From assembly GCF_009834535.1 (NCBI RefSeq), contig NC_045698.1, positions 10,480,001-10,544,000 on the forward strand: a stretch of 64,000 bases of DNA, written 5' to 3'. Below the pieces are notes generated by a model, which did not search any database, was not told the DNA's origin, and was given only the letters and a program-made list of their open reading frames with translations. Both the position numbers and the translations under genes were made by a program. Source of the DNA: Camelus ferus. Taxonomy: Eukaryota. Positions within the stretch are counted from its first letter, which is position 1; each line of letters opens with the position of its first letter. Shown here piece after piece: positions 51,086 to 62,087 of this stretch.

Positions 51086-52085
51086 AACTTGTCTGTATTA
51101 GTCAAGATTGTCTAGGTTAGCATTCTCAAAGTGTGGTCTTGGGCTCTTTTCAGTGGGACTATGAAGTTAAAATCAATTTCAAAATCAATTATTAAAAATA
51201 CTAAAATGTTATTTGCCTTTATCATTCTCAATCTTTCACGAATGTATTGTGTTTTCCAGGATGTGATACCACAGCTCTGTGACTGCAGAATCAGACCCAA
51301 AAATCTGCCTTCATTCTATTAAGCCAGACATTAAAGAGATTTGCAAAAATTGAAATAGTGGTACTCTTCTCACAATTATTTTTGGATTTTTTGGAAAATA
51401 TAGTTATTTTTCATTAAGATGTTATGATAATAGATAATGGGTTCATTATTTTAAAGAATTTAGTACATATTTTTTAAAATTCTCAGTTTTAATATCTAAA
51501 ACAGTAAATATCAATATATAGAACTCACATGAAGAAAAGCTCATTGAGGTCCAGTTTTTAAATGTAGGCTTTATTATTATTCAGGTCTGGTTAGGTCAAC
51601 AGATCAGGAGACAACTCTCACTGAAAGGGGACTTTGTTCCCAAGAGCAGGGGGTCTGCCATGTCACGCAGGGCCACACAAGGAAGCACTAGTTACTCTGC
51701 AGGTAGAAGGAGCAAGGGGAAAGCATGGGTAAGAGCCTTATTGTGTTTTTTTGCAGAAGGGAACAGGCAAGGCAGGGTAAGCAGCCTTAGGATTAGCTAG
51801 TTTGAATAATTTCAGCAGGCTCTAGGGTGTAAGGGCTGTCCTAGGGTTTCTTGTATCTGGCCCTGGAGTGATTAGGAAAGGGAAATACAGGCATACCTTG
51901 GAGATTCTGTGGGTTTGGTTCCAGACTACCGCAACAAAGCAAATGTGGCAATAAGGCAAGTCACGTGAATTTTTGGTTTCCAGTGCATATAACAGTGATG
52001 TTCACACCACACTGTGGTCTACTATGTGTACAACAGCATTATGTCTAAGAAATGTACATACCTTAATTAAAAAGTAATGCTGCTG

Positions 52086-54294
52086 AAATGAAAGAAGTAA
52101 TAAATATCAGGGAGGAAATAATAAAATAGAGGTTAAAAACAATAGAAAACATAGAAGCGATTTATGACAAACCCACAACCAACATAATACTCAATGGTGA
52201 AAAGCTGAAAGCCTTCCCACTAAAATCTGGAACAAGACAAAGATTCTCACTCTCACCATTTCTGTTCTACATAGTATTGGAAGTCCTAGCCATAGCAGAC
52301 AAGAAAAAGAAATGACAGGGATCCAAATTGGAAGAGAAGAGATAAAATTGTCTCTATATGAGGCTGACGTGATACTATATACAGAAAACTCTAAAGGCTC
52401 CACACAAAAACTACTAGAGCTGATAAAAGAATTCAGCAAGGTAGCAGGCTATAAGATGAACATACAGAAATCAGTCGCATTTCTTTACACTAACAATGAA
52501 ATATCAGAAAAATAAAGTAAAGAGACAATCTCTTTTAAAATCACATTCAAAAAATAAAATATTAGGAATATCTGTGACCAAGGAGGTAAAAGACTTACAA
52601 CTGGAGAACTACGAAACATTGATTAAGGAAATTAAATACAATTTAAATAAGTGGAAATATACCCCATGCTCTTGGATTGGAAGAATTAATATTGTTAAAA
52701 TGGCCATGCTACCCAAAGCAATCTATGGATTTAATGTAATCCCTATCAAATTATCCATGAGATTTTTCACAGAACTAGAAAAAATAATCCTAAAATTTAT
52801 ATGGAATCACAAAAGACCCCAAATTGCTAAAACAATACTGAAGAAAAGGAATGAAGCTGTAGAAATAACCCTTCTAGACTTCAGACAATATTACAGAGAT
52901 ACAATAATCAAAACAGCGTAGTATTGGCACAAAAAACAGACACATGGTTCAATGGAATAGAATAGAGAGCCCAGAAATAAACCCACACACCTACAGTCAA
53001 TTAATCTTTGAGAAAGGAGGCAAGAATATACAATGGAGAAAAGATAGCCTCTTCAGCAAGTGATGTTGAGAAAGCAGGACAGCTGCATGTAAATCAATGA
53101 AGTTAGAACACTCCCTCACACTATACACAAAAATAAACTCAAAATGGCTTAAACTTAAACAGAAGACAAGCCACTATAAACCTCCTAGAAGAAAACATAG
53201 GCAAAACATTCTCTGACATAAATCTCAGCAATTTTCTCCTAGGGCAGCCTACCCAGGCAATAGATATAAAAGCAAAAATAAACAAATGGGACTTAATTAA
53301 ACTTACAAGCTTTTGCACAGCAAAGGAAACTATAAACAAAAAGACAGCCTACAGAATGGGAGAAAACATTTGCAAATGATGTGACTGACAAGGGCTTAAA
53401 TTCCAGAATATATAAACTGCTCATACATCTCAGTATCAAAAAAACCCACAAATAACTCAATCAAAAAAGGGCAGAAGACCTAAACAGACATACCTCGAAT
53501 GAAGACATACAGATGGTCAATATGCACATGAAACATTGCTAATTATCAGAGAAATGCAAATCAAACTACAATGAGGTATCACCTCACACTGGTCAGAATG
53601 GCCATCATAAAAAAGCCCACAAAAGATAAATGCTGGAGAGGGTGTGGAGAAAAGGGAACCTCCGACACTGTTGGTGGGAATGTAGTTTGGTGTAACCATT
53701 ATGGAAAACAGCACGGCGATTCCTCAAAAAACTAAAAATAGAGTTAACATATGACTTAGCAATCCCGCTCCTGGCCATTATAACTGGAAAAGACAAAAGT
53801 TCTAATTTGAAAAGACACTTGCATCCCAATGTTCACAGCAGCACTATTTACAATAGCTAAGACATGGAAGCAACCTAAATGTCCACTGACAGGTGACTGA
53901 ATAAAGAAGTTGTGGATACAATGGAATACTACTCAGCCATAAAAAAGAGTAAAATAATGCCATTTGTAGCAATGTGGATCGACCTGGACATTGTCACACT
54001 AAGTGAAGTAGGCCAGAAAGAGAAAGATAAATACCATATGATATCACTTATATGTGGAATCTAAAAATATATGACACAAATGAACTTACTTACAAAACAG
54101 ACTCCTAGACATAGAAAACAAACTTATGGTTACCCAGCAAGGGGGTGGCATGTGGAGGGATAAAGTGGGACTTCAGGATTTGCAGATACTAACTACTGCA
54201 TATAAAATAGATAAACAACAAGGACCTATTGTATAGCACAGGGAACTATATTCAATACTTTGCAATAGTCTATAATGGAAAATAATATGAAAAG

Positions 54295-54337
<43 letters not shown>

Positions 54338-54412
54338 AATGAATCACTATGCTGTATGTCAGAAATTAACACAACTATATGTCACCAACTATACGTCAAC
54401 TAAAAAAAAAAT
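52086..54412 (+). mobile_element. L1, 5'-truncated, disrupted ORF2 (RT to C-terminus) plus 3'UTR
   Basis: ORFs 52312-52515 and 52496-52921 give L1 ORF2 peptides ([42 protein letters not shown]); TSD TAATGCTGCTG at 52075-52085 and 54413-54423. Confidence 0.95.
54297..54334. repeat. (TA)n microsatellite in L1 3'UTR
   Basis: Uninterrupted TA run of about 19 units. Confidence 0.95.
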
Positions 54413-54925
54413 TAATGCTGCTGGGAAAATGGCACCAACAGACTTACTCAATGCAAGGTTGTCACATGCCTTCAATTTGTAAAAATGCAGTATCTGTGAT
54501 GTGCAGTAAAATGCTGTATCCCTGTATTGGCCAAAAGTATAAAAGCCCTGTGATTGCCAGATAAAGTGGGAGGCTGTGGGGAGCGGGGTACAGCTTTGGA
54601 CTGGTTAGTTTGCACATAAAAGCTGTACTCACAGGGGAGGAGTTTATCTCTAGGAATTAGCTAATCCTCAAAGGGGCCATCTCTCCTGGGCCAGCAAGTT
54701 CCCAGATGCCAGACAACAAGAATACAGGAAGAAAATATAGCCAATACAGGTCCTTAATAGTTTTTTAGAGTATAAAGAATGTAGAGACGTTCAGAAACCA
54801 AAAAGTCTGAGAATATCTGGGCTGTGCACAATAACAAAGATGCCCCAAATCTCAATGTTTTAACACAGAAAAGACCTTTTTTTCATTGTTCAAGTGAAGT
54901 TTTCATACTTCTGAAAGGTGGCATA

Positions 54926-55082
54926 CAGTCATCCCTCAGGATCTCTCAGGGATTGGTACCAGGGACCCCCAAGGATATCAAACCCTATGGATGCTAAAGT
55001 CACTTATATAACATGGTGTGGTACAGTCAGTCAGCTCTCTGTATCTGAGGATGTGGAAACTGCAGATGTAAAGGGCCTACTA
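54926..55082. mobile_element. Tigger-family MITE, MER2-like short form
   Basis: TA-CAGTCATCCCTCAGGATCT...GGATTGGTACCAGGGACCCCC...GGATGCTAAAGTCACTTATATAA...AGGGCCTACTA-TA. Confidence 0.7.
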
Positions 55083-55849
55083 TACAAAGAATATCAGAAA
55101 AAATTTTTTTAAAAGGCCATAATGTCAGAACAAAAGAAAATCATTTAAACTTAATTACTTTAGCTTAATGAGAAACTCCCTATATCATTCTTATTTTTCT
55201 CTTTTTTTTTCATGAGTTAGTGAAATTTCATCACTACTCAGGAAGAGTTCAGGGACTGGTGCTTGGAAATTTCTGACACCTAGGACAGTTACGGACAGAA
55301 ATGATGTGGAGGGGAGGAAAAACCTTACCTGTTTATATGCTGAAAGGACCCAGCAGAGATGGGGAAGTTTGAAGATATGGGAAAAAGAGACACTTGATAG
55401 AAATCCTGGTGGAGATGAAAGGGGAGGGAGGGAATGGTCTGAAATAATAGGACAGATGGACACATCTCCTCCTCAAAAACTGGTTGGAAGGGAGGAGGAG
55501 AGGGTGCCTTTGATGGTAAGTTAGTTGAGGGGAGGAGAGAAGCTGAGAGTCCACCCCTAATGGCACTGGTTTTCTCTGTGAATCATGGACAATTTCATTG
55601 CTGAAGGTGAGGAGGGCAGGGAATGAAGAAGGTTTAGGAGTTAGGAGGCCCACTGCAGGGACTGGGGAAGGGAGAGGACCAAGAAAAAACGACAGGTGAA
55701 GGAGCAGAACCGAAGGCCCAGCTGAGTCTGGATCTTAACTAGTAATAACATGAAACATACGGCGGCCTAACTTTTCCAACTGGGCTTCTTAATCCTGGCA
55801 TTGAACAGATGGTGTGAGTGTAGGGAACTGATGTTGATTGAAAGCCCCT

Positions 55850-56015
55850 GTAGTGTGATGATTAAGAGCATGGCCTTTGAAGCCAGCTGGCCTGAGTTAA
55901 AACCCTGACTCTGACACTTACTACCCTTTTCAGTAAAAGGGGCCACTAATAGTCTTGTGGTGCCATATTAATGCAGGGAATAATGGTTTTGTGGAGGACT
56001 AAGTGACTAAATGTA
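55850..56015 (+). mobile_element. MIR SINE
   Basis: GTAGTGTGATGATTAAGAGCATGGCCTTTGAAGCCAG...CTGACTCTGACACTTACTA. Confidence 0.7.
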
Positions 56016-56117
56016 TGCCATGGATTCCCTTACCACGCCCCAGCTCTGGGGGTTAAGGGGCCCACCTAGGTTCCATGGTTTCACGCCTAGGTGAGTGTTG
56101 GACTCTTGAAAAGGGAC

Positions 56118-56572
56118 TGTTGGGCTGCACCCACAAGCCTGCAAGCTCAGTACCTGGCCAGCCTCAAGAGCAAAGAAAGACCCCCGAGTCAGTGACAGAG
56201 ACATCAATGGTTTAATGCGCAGGGGGATCTTACCTGTCTGAAGCAAGGCCCTGGAACGACCCCACTGCAGGCAAACATGGCGGCAGGCTTCACTACTGGG
56301 GCAGGGGGAGTGGACGTCAGGTTGGCTCATCAGTTACCAGGGAAACCAGCAGAGGAGCACGCCCCTCAGGTCCCTCTGATAGGCTACCAAGGTGATGTTC
56401 TCATCTAAAGATTAGAACAATCACTTGTTGGGGCCTGGGGCAAGCATGTCAGTCAGCGTTTACTGAAGAGGGAAGGTCAATCAGGAGAGGAGGGTGTAGG
56501 TGAGGCAGGAACTGGTCCCACAGGGGATGTGCGGGGAGCAAGAGGGCAGCCGCGTCGGGCGGCCTGACCACA
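56118..56572 (-). mobile_element. Relatively young solo LTR (ERV2-like)
   Basis: TG...CA ends; flanking direct repeat AAGGGAC at 56111-56117 and 56573-56579; reverse ATTAAA at 56211-56216; CpGs retained. Confidence 0.7.
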
Positions 56573-58034
56573 AAGGGACATACCCAGCTCCTCTCCCCTT
56601 CCTGCCTGTTTCCTTCTAGGGCACATCCTGTTCCGGCTCCTCCCTCGTGGCATTACAATCCTCTCTGGTTGCGGTGGCGGAATAGGAGGTGGGTGTACCT
56701 GGGTTCTCCTCTGTTCTATTTCCAAACTATATTTTGGCATAATCTCTAAGCCCTACTGTCCTCAGGCCTTTAGTTTTATATCTCAATTACCTGTTTTAGA
56801 AGTAAACTACACGCTACCTCTTATTTGCATTTTACTCTAATAATCCTAGTCTACCCATCCACTTGCCCGAGAGAGAGGCACCTTGGGATCACAGGGGGAG
56901 ATCATATATGTAGAGGATGCAAAAGATAAAAGCATAGAAAGAAGTTCCAAAGAAATCTTTTTACTTATTACCTCTCTTAATTCTCCTGTAAATAATGTTT
57001 CCAGCCCCCTCAAATACCCAATACTGACGCTCGGAGGGATTAATAACGTGCTCAGGGTGACATAGCTGCCCACTGTCAGAGGAGTCATTCAGTTCCACGC
57101 CTGTGCTCCTCCACCTCTGTGCTCTGTGCTGCCTCAAAGGTCTGCACTAGTCTCATGGGGGCCCTCAGGGATGGAGGCAGTGGGGGAACAGGCTGTGAGG
57201 GAGTGGTAGGTGTTGACGAGAGAGTAAACAGCATGGGCAAGACGAGAAAGTGGGGCTCTGTGTGTAGAGAAGTGGGGGCTGATGAACAGGGAGAGAAGGA
57301 AGAAGTGAAGGAGCTGGAATCACAATGAAATGGACGAACAGGTGGAAGAGGAGAAAGGAGGGATGACTCCTAGTGGGATGAAGCTGATGGTCTTAAGGGG
57401 TTCACTTCCAGATGATGACAAGGTCTAGATGCAGCCACAGGACTAAGCTGTTGAAGAGAAGCTGAACACCACGGGCGTGGAGGACACTAAGACTGCCAGT
57501 TTCAGCTGTTTGAGTAGAGGGTTGAAACAAGCAGATCTGATGTCAGAGCCCTTTACGAGTGTTTTAGAGTGATCTTGCAGTTGACAAAGAGGAGGCAGGG
57601 GCCAGGGTAGCAGATGCCCAGAGCTGGTGCAAGGTGGGAGCCTCCCAAGAAGAGGGCTGCAGAGGCAGAAAGAACCTTGGTTTTTAATTGTAGCACATGG
57701 AAATTCTCATACACGACTCTAAATGGTCCTCCCAGCAATCCTATGAGACGCATTCAGGGCAGAAAATAGAGTTCCTCCAAGAAATCCACCAAAAGTGTTA
57801 GCCTTGGGACTTAGAACAAGTCTCCTGACTTGATACACACTGGATGGAGTTTGTCCTGAGAGCCTTGTTCCTCTGCAGACTATTCACAGTTCCTACTTTT
57901 CAAAAGAAAACTTACAGACTCTACAAAGAAAAGGAAGAACATTTCTCTAAGTTCTCTTCACCCTAGACTCTGCTGTAAATGGTGGGAAAGGCCTGCTGGG
58001 CTGTCAGGAACTGGTGCAGACGAGGACCTTACGA

Positions 58035-58050
58035 TGCCATCTAGTGTCCA
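58035..58050 (-). promoter_or_regulatory. Candidate CTCF site
   Basis: Minus strand reads TGGACACTAGATGGCA, close to the CTCF core CCACYAGRKGGC. Confidence 0.45.
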
Positions 58051-58547
58051 TGATTGGACTTACCCACAAAGCTTTGGCTAGAAATATTCTGAAAAATAAT
58101 TTAAGAAGATTGCAAGTAACTGGTTAATTTTGCAAGAGAATAGCTATTAAAACACCTAATGTTTTTCTCTCCTTGCCAGGAAGATTCCTTAACCCAGCCT
58201 CCTGCATACCCCAAAGGCTAGACCAATGCAGTGAATTATTGCATAAAACAGAAATTATGACCCAGTGAAGTCCAAGGCTATCTTAAAATGAACAGTTTCT
58301 TTAAGGTCTTGGGTCACCTGGTACAGTGAAAAGATCATGAAGCTTGGTGCCAGCGTTCTGAGGCATTCTAAGACATCACTTAGAGAGGGTATATGACCTG
58401 CCCAAGGTCACAGAGCCAGTTTTCTCTTTGCTATACTACATTTCCACCACGATACTGATATAAAGAATATGAATTCACTCCACAGAAATTTACTAATGAT
58501 CACTGGTACCATCCATCGGGTTATAAACAAGGAACATAAAGATTTAT

Positions 58548-58925
58548 GAGTATTAGGGAATTGAATGTTTGTGTCCAACTAAAATTTGTATGTTGAAGTT
58601 CTAACCCATAATGTGACATATTTGGAGACAGGGCCTTTGTGGAAGTAAAGTTAAATGAAGTTATAAGGGTAGGGTGCTGATCCAGTAGGATTATGTCCTC
58701 CTAAGAAAAGGAAGGGAGACCAGAGCTTGCTTTCTCTCAGCAAGTACGCACAGCAAGAAGGCAGCCATCTGCAGGCCAGGAACAGACTCTCCCCAGAACC
58801 TGGGTGTGCTGGCACTCTGATCTCACTTTTAGCTCCAGGACTGTGAGAAAATAAATTTCTGTTGTTGAAGCCACCCAGGATGTGGTATTTTGTTATGGCC
58901 GCCCAGCCCAAGCCCAAGCCAACCA
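58548..58925 (+). mobile_element. MaLR solo LTR, MLT1A-like
   Basis: TGTATGTTGAAGTTCTAACCC...TTTGGAGACAGGGCCTTTG...AAGAAGGCAGCCATCTGCAGGCCAGG...CTGTGAGAAAATAAATTTCTGTTGTT. Confidence 0.85.
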
Positions 58926-59489
58926 AGCCAATGGATATCTGCTTCCCCCGAAGCTGCTTCCAGCTTTGTTAGGGAGGTCAGCAGATCAATTACTACCCAA
59001 CTTGCTGTGACAGATGTATGGACATCTCCTATTTCTAAATGGCTGCTTTAAAAATAATGCTGATGGTGGGCAAGACTGGTGGTGACAGTCAGTCTGACAT
59101 CACAGATGCCAGATAGCTCTAAACTCAAATACGGTTCAGAGACGACCCTTTGCTTAGAGGCATCTCGCCATTAATAAAACATGGGCTTTCTCACAGAGCC
59201 CTGTGTGCCCTCTTTGAGTAGGCGATGGAGCGGGGCTGCAGAGCCAGTGACTGAACGTGGCCTTGGGTTCTGGTTCAAGGGCAGAACTTCTGGTCCTCAG
59301 CTGCCACATCCATAGATGAAGGGGTTTGACTGGCTGGCATCGGAGGCCATCATGTGAGGGTTTGGCTCACCTTTTCCCGTAGAAGAGTTCTGAAGAACTG
59401 TGAAACTGTTCCAACATTTGAAACTTGACATCTAAAATTTTCCATTAGAAATTTAGTTTTAAAGGATGTCATTTCCACTGTATTATAAA

Positions 59490-60024
59490 TACTGGTATTT
59501 GAAAATAAAATCATCACCTGACTCACGTTTCCAGTACCAATAATCACTTCCCTGATGTGGAAACTGTTTGCTGATTCATTCTGACTAAGAGCTCCTGCAA
59601 CTTGCTTTTTCTCCTTTACTGCTTCTGTGCTAAACAACCCCCAAACTTTTCCATTATGCTCTCCCCTCCCTATACATTCTTTACTGAGAATAGCTTTAAC
59701 CCAGAGTCTATGCTCCAGGAAGGAGGTAATAGGCCAGTAATCTCAGAAGAATGGACAGACCCTCCCAGGGCCCCAGATTTATTGAGGTTAAGAGGAATGT
59801 AGCACCCTGTAAAACGTCCTGATTGTTATCACCTTTTCTGTTCCATCTAGTTTTTCTATAAAACCTCAAGACCCCACCCCCAAGATGGATTCGAAGTCTC
59901 TAAGGCACAAGCCTGCTGTGACTCCCCTTTGCCAGGCAAAGCAATAAAGAGGTTCTTTTTGAATTCTCCCAAAACTCTGCCTCAATCCAGCTTTCAGGGT
60001 ACAGAGGCTGGTTTTGTGGCAACA
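59490..60024 (+). mobile_element. ERV1-class solo LTR (5' boundary uncertain)
   Basis: TATAAAA at about 59857; CCCCTTTGCCAGGCAAAGCAATAAAG poly(A) region; ends GTGGCAACA. Confidence 0.65.
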
Positions 60025-61006
60025 TAAATAACATATCAGAAATTCACATCATTCATAAAAAAGACTAATTTTACAACATTTCTTTTTCTCACTGAAATCT
60101 TACTTTTCTACTCCATTCTCTATTCCCAGAATTTTATATAATGTAGTATATTTTGTTTGAAAGTCTTTTATTACTTAAAATTACCTGGAAGTTTTATTAT
60201 TATAATTATCAGTAGTAAAAATTTAAAACAATATATTACGAATTTTGATAATAATTACACATACTCAGTAAAATTTTATTGGGTGCATCTCTTTCAAAAT
60301 CCATTGGTGAATGTTATTTATTGTTAGAAAGAGATAGGATTTAATCTGAATTCAATTTCTAATTTTAGGTTCTACAGAAATAAGCACTGAGAAATATTGT
60401 TCTCATAAATAGATGAAAACAGTTTTGTTATGACAGTTCTTTCAACTTCTGAATTGCATGCCCAAAGCATCATAGTAATCTCTCATTTAGTTATTTTAAG
60501 TCATCAGCTAAAAACTTTAGGTTTTCTGTCAAGTTTGTTGAAAGCAAAGAATTAGAAACCCCCTGAATTACAAAAGGATTGATTATCCAGTAATTAGTCA
60601 ATCACCTCCCATTTCTGGGCCTGCCAAAGAACAGTCATCTCACCTGTACACACTAATTCTAAGAAAGAGTACTAAGTAAGGCAGAGAGCCTTGCCCCGAG
60701 CGTGTCACCTGGACGACATAAAATGTCATCACTATTGCTTACCTGTACTCTGCCTGATTCTTCCAGCACTCTCCCTCAGGAGCAGTGCTTTCTTCCAGTG
60801 AAATTACTGTCACTCTCATATCCCTACTTCACATTATATCTGAATGAACATATTGACCAAACTACTCCACTAAAATACCAAAATACCCACTCTTAACAGA
60901 AGGAGGGGCAAGACACGAAGCCTGAATACAAAATTTTGGTGCCTTATATTGGAGACTTCTCCAAAAGCAATATTTAAATTGTCCTTTGTTTTGATGCTCT
61001 AGAATA

Positions 61007-61316
61007 GCACTATCCAATAGAAATATAATGTGAGTAATGTATGTAATTAAAAATTTTCTAGTACCTTGTTTAAAAAGCAAAAAGAAACAGGTGAAATTAA
61101 TATTATGTATAATGCAATTATTTCCAAAATATTATCATTTCAACATTTAATCAATATAAAACATTAAAAATAAGGTATTTTACATTTTTGGGGTATTACT
61201 CCTTGAAATCCTGTAGTATTTTACACAAATAGCAGATCTTAATTTTGACCAGCTACATTTCAGGTGCTTAATATACACATGTGACTAGTGGTTATTATAG
61301 TATTTGACAACACAGC
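61007..61316. mobile_element. hAT-Charlie MITE, MER33-like
   Basis: TAGCACTATCCAATAGAAATATAATGTGAG...AAAAAGAAACAGGTGAAATTAAT...CTACATTTCAGGTGCTTAAT...GACAACACAG. Confidence 0.8.
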
Positions 61317-62087
61317 CCTCGAGGGACGCACTGTAGTAAGATTTGGGAAGGATAAGAGAGCAGTGTTTTGTTTTTGGTAAAGAAGGAATATGGTGAACAC
61401 AAAGTAAGTGGGCAGAGAGGAAAACAAGTCTATCCACGTCCTTATCTGGCTATGAAAGTTATCTTTTTACCCCAAGGCCTCTGCTGCACAGCTGTATGAG
61501 GTGGCCCTGGTGTACCTCAAGAGATAGAGGTACCTCCTTAAAAGGACCACTATTTTAAGGTGGATTTGAGCTGCTGTGGTCTTTGGGAAATAATGCAATG
61601 ATAATTGAAATGAAATTATGCAGCCTTATTTTCTGAAGAAGACCTAGTTAATCATTCACTAAAATTCTGGACGAAGTGCAAAGAAAAAAGTTACGAGGTA
61701 CAAAGATTAGCAAAAGATCCAGAAAGCCCTTGTTACTTTGTCAGCAATCTCCTGGTATGATTTCTCAAGGTATGGTTGACTCATCGTAAGTAGAGAGCTT
61801 TTGGTAATCGTAGGGTGATGTTTTCCCCTCTGACTGTGATGGAGATAAGAAGGGGTTACATGAAAATTACCAACCTCACATCAGATTACTGTAGGTGAAG
61901 GTCTCCCATGTTATGATACAGAAATGAAGAATCTCTTCCTTACCTTTATTTTCTTAGGAAACGTCTACAATTTGTCCCTCTAGCTCTTTCTGAATTCCAG
62001 TGTACAGTATGAAAGATGGGCGTCCTTTCCAAAGGAGCTCAGATGCTTGTCCTAAAAGGTAAGTATAAAGAAGTAACTCTATGATAC

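Larger units (their letters stand above)
51888..54524 (-). mobile_element. Internally deleted Tigger1-like element, split by L1
   Basis: TA-CAGGCATACCTTGGAGAT terminus on the left; right part AAAATGGCACCAACAGACTTACTCAATGCAAGGTTG...GTATCCCTG-TA. Confidence 0.8.
51553..54748 (-). mobile_element. ERVL LTR (MER76-like), split: 51553-51887 and about 54525-54748
   Basis: Ends ...GAAAATATAGCCAATACA (reverse TGTATTGGCTATATTTTC); 5-bp TSD GGTCC at 51548-51552 and 54749-54753. Confidence 0.65.
51115..54820 (+). mobile_element. hAT-Charlie element (Charlie4a-like), split: about 51115-51552 and 54749-54820
   Basis: TTCTCAAAGTGTGGTC...TTAAGCCAGACATTAAAGAGATTTGCAAAAA...AAAGCTCATTGAGGTCC resumes as GGTCCTTAATAGTTTTTTAGAG...CCAAAAAGTCTGAGAA. 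Confidence 0.7.

Noticed and set aside
52312..52921. Reverse-transcriptase-like ORFs as a novel RT system
   Set aside because: Ordinary L1 ORF2 fragments with frameshifts and a mutated catalytic motif.
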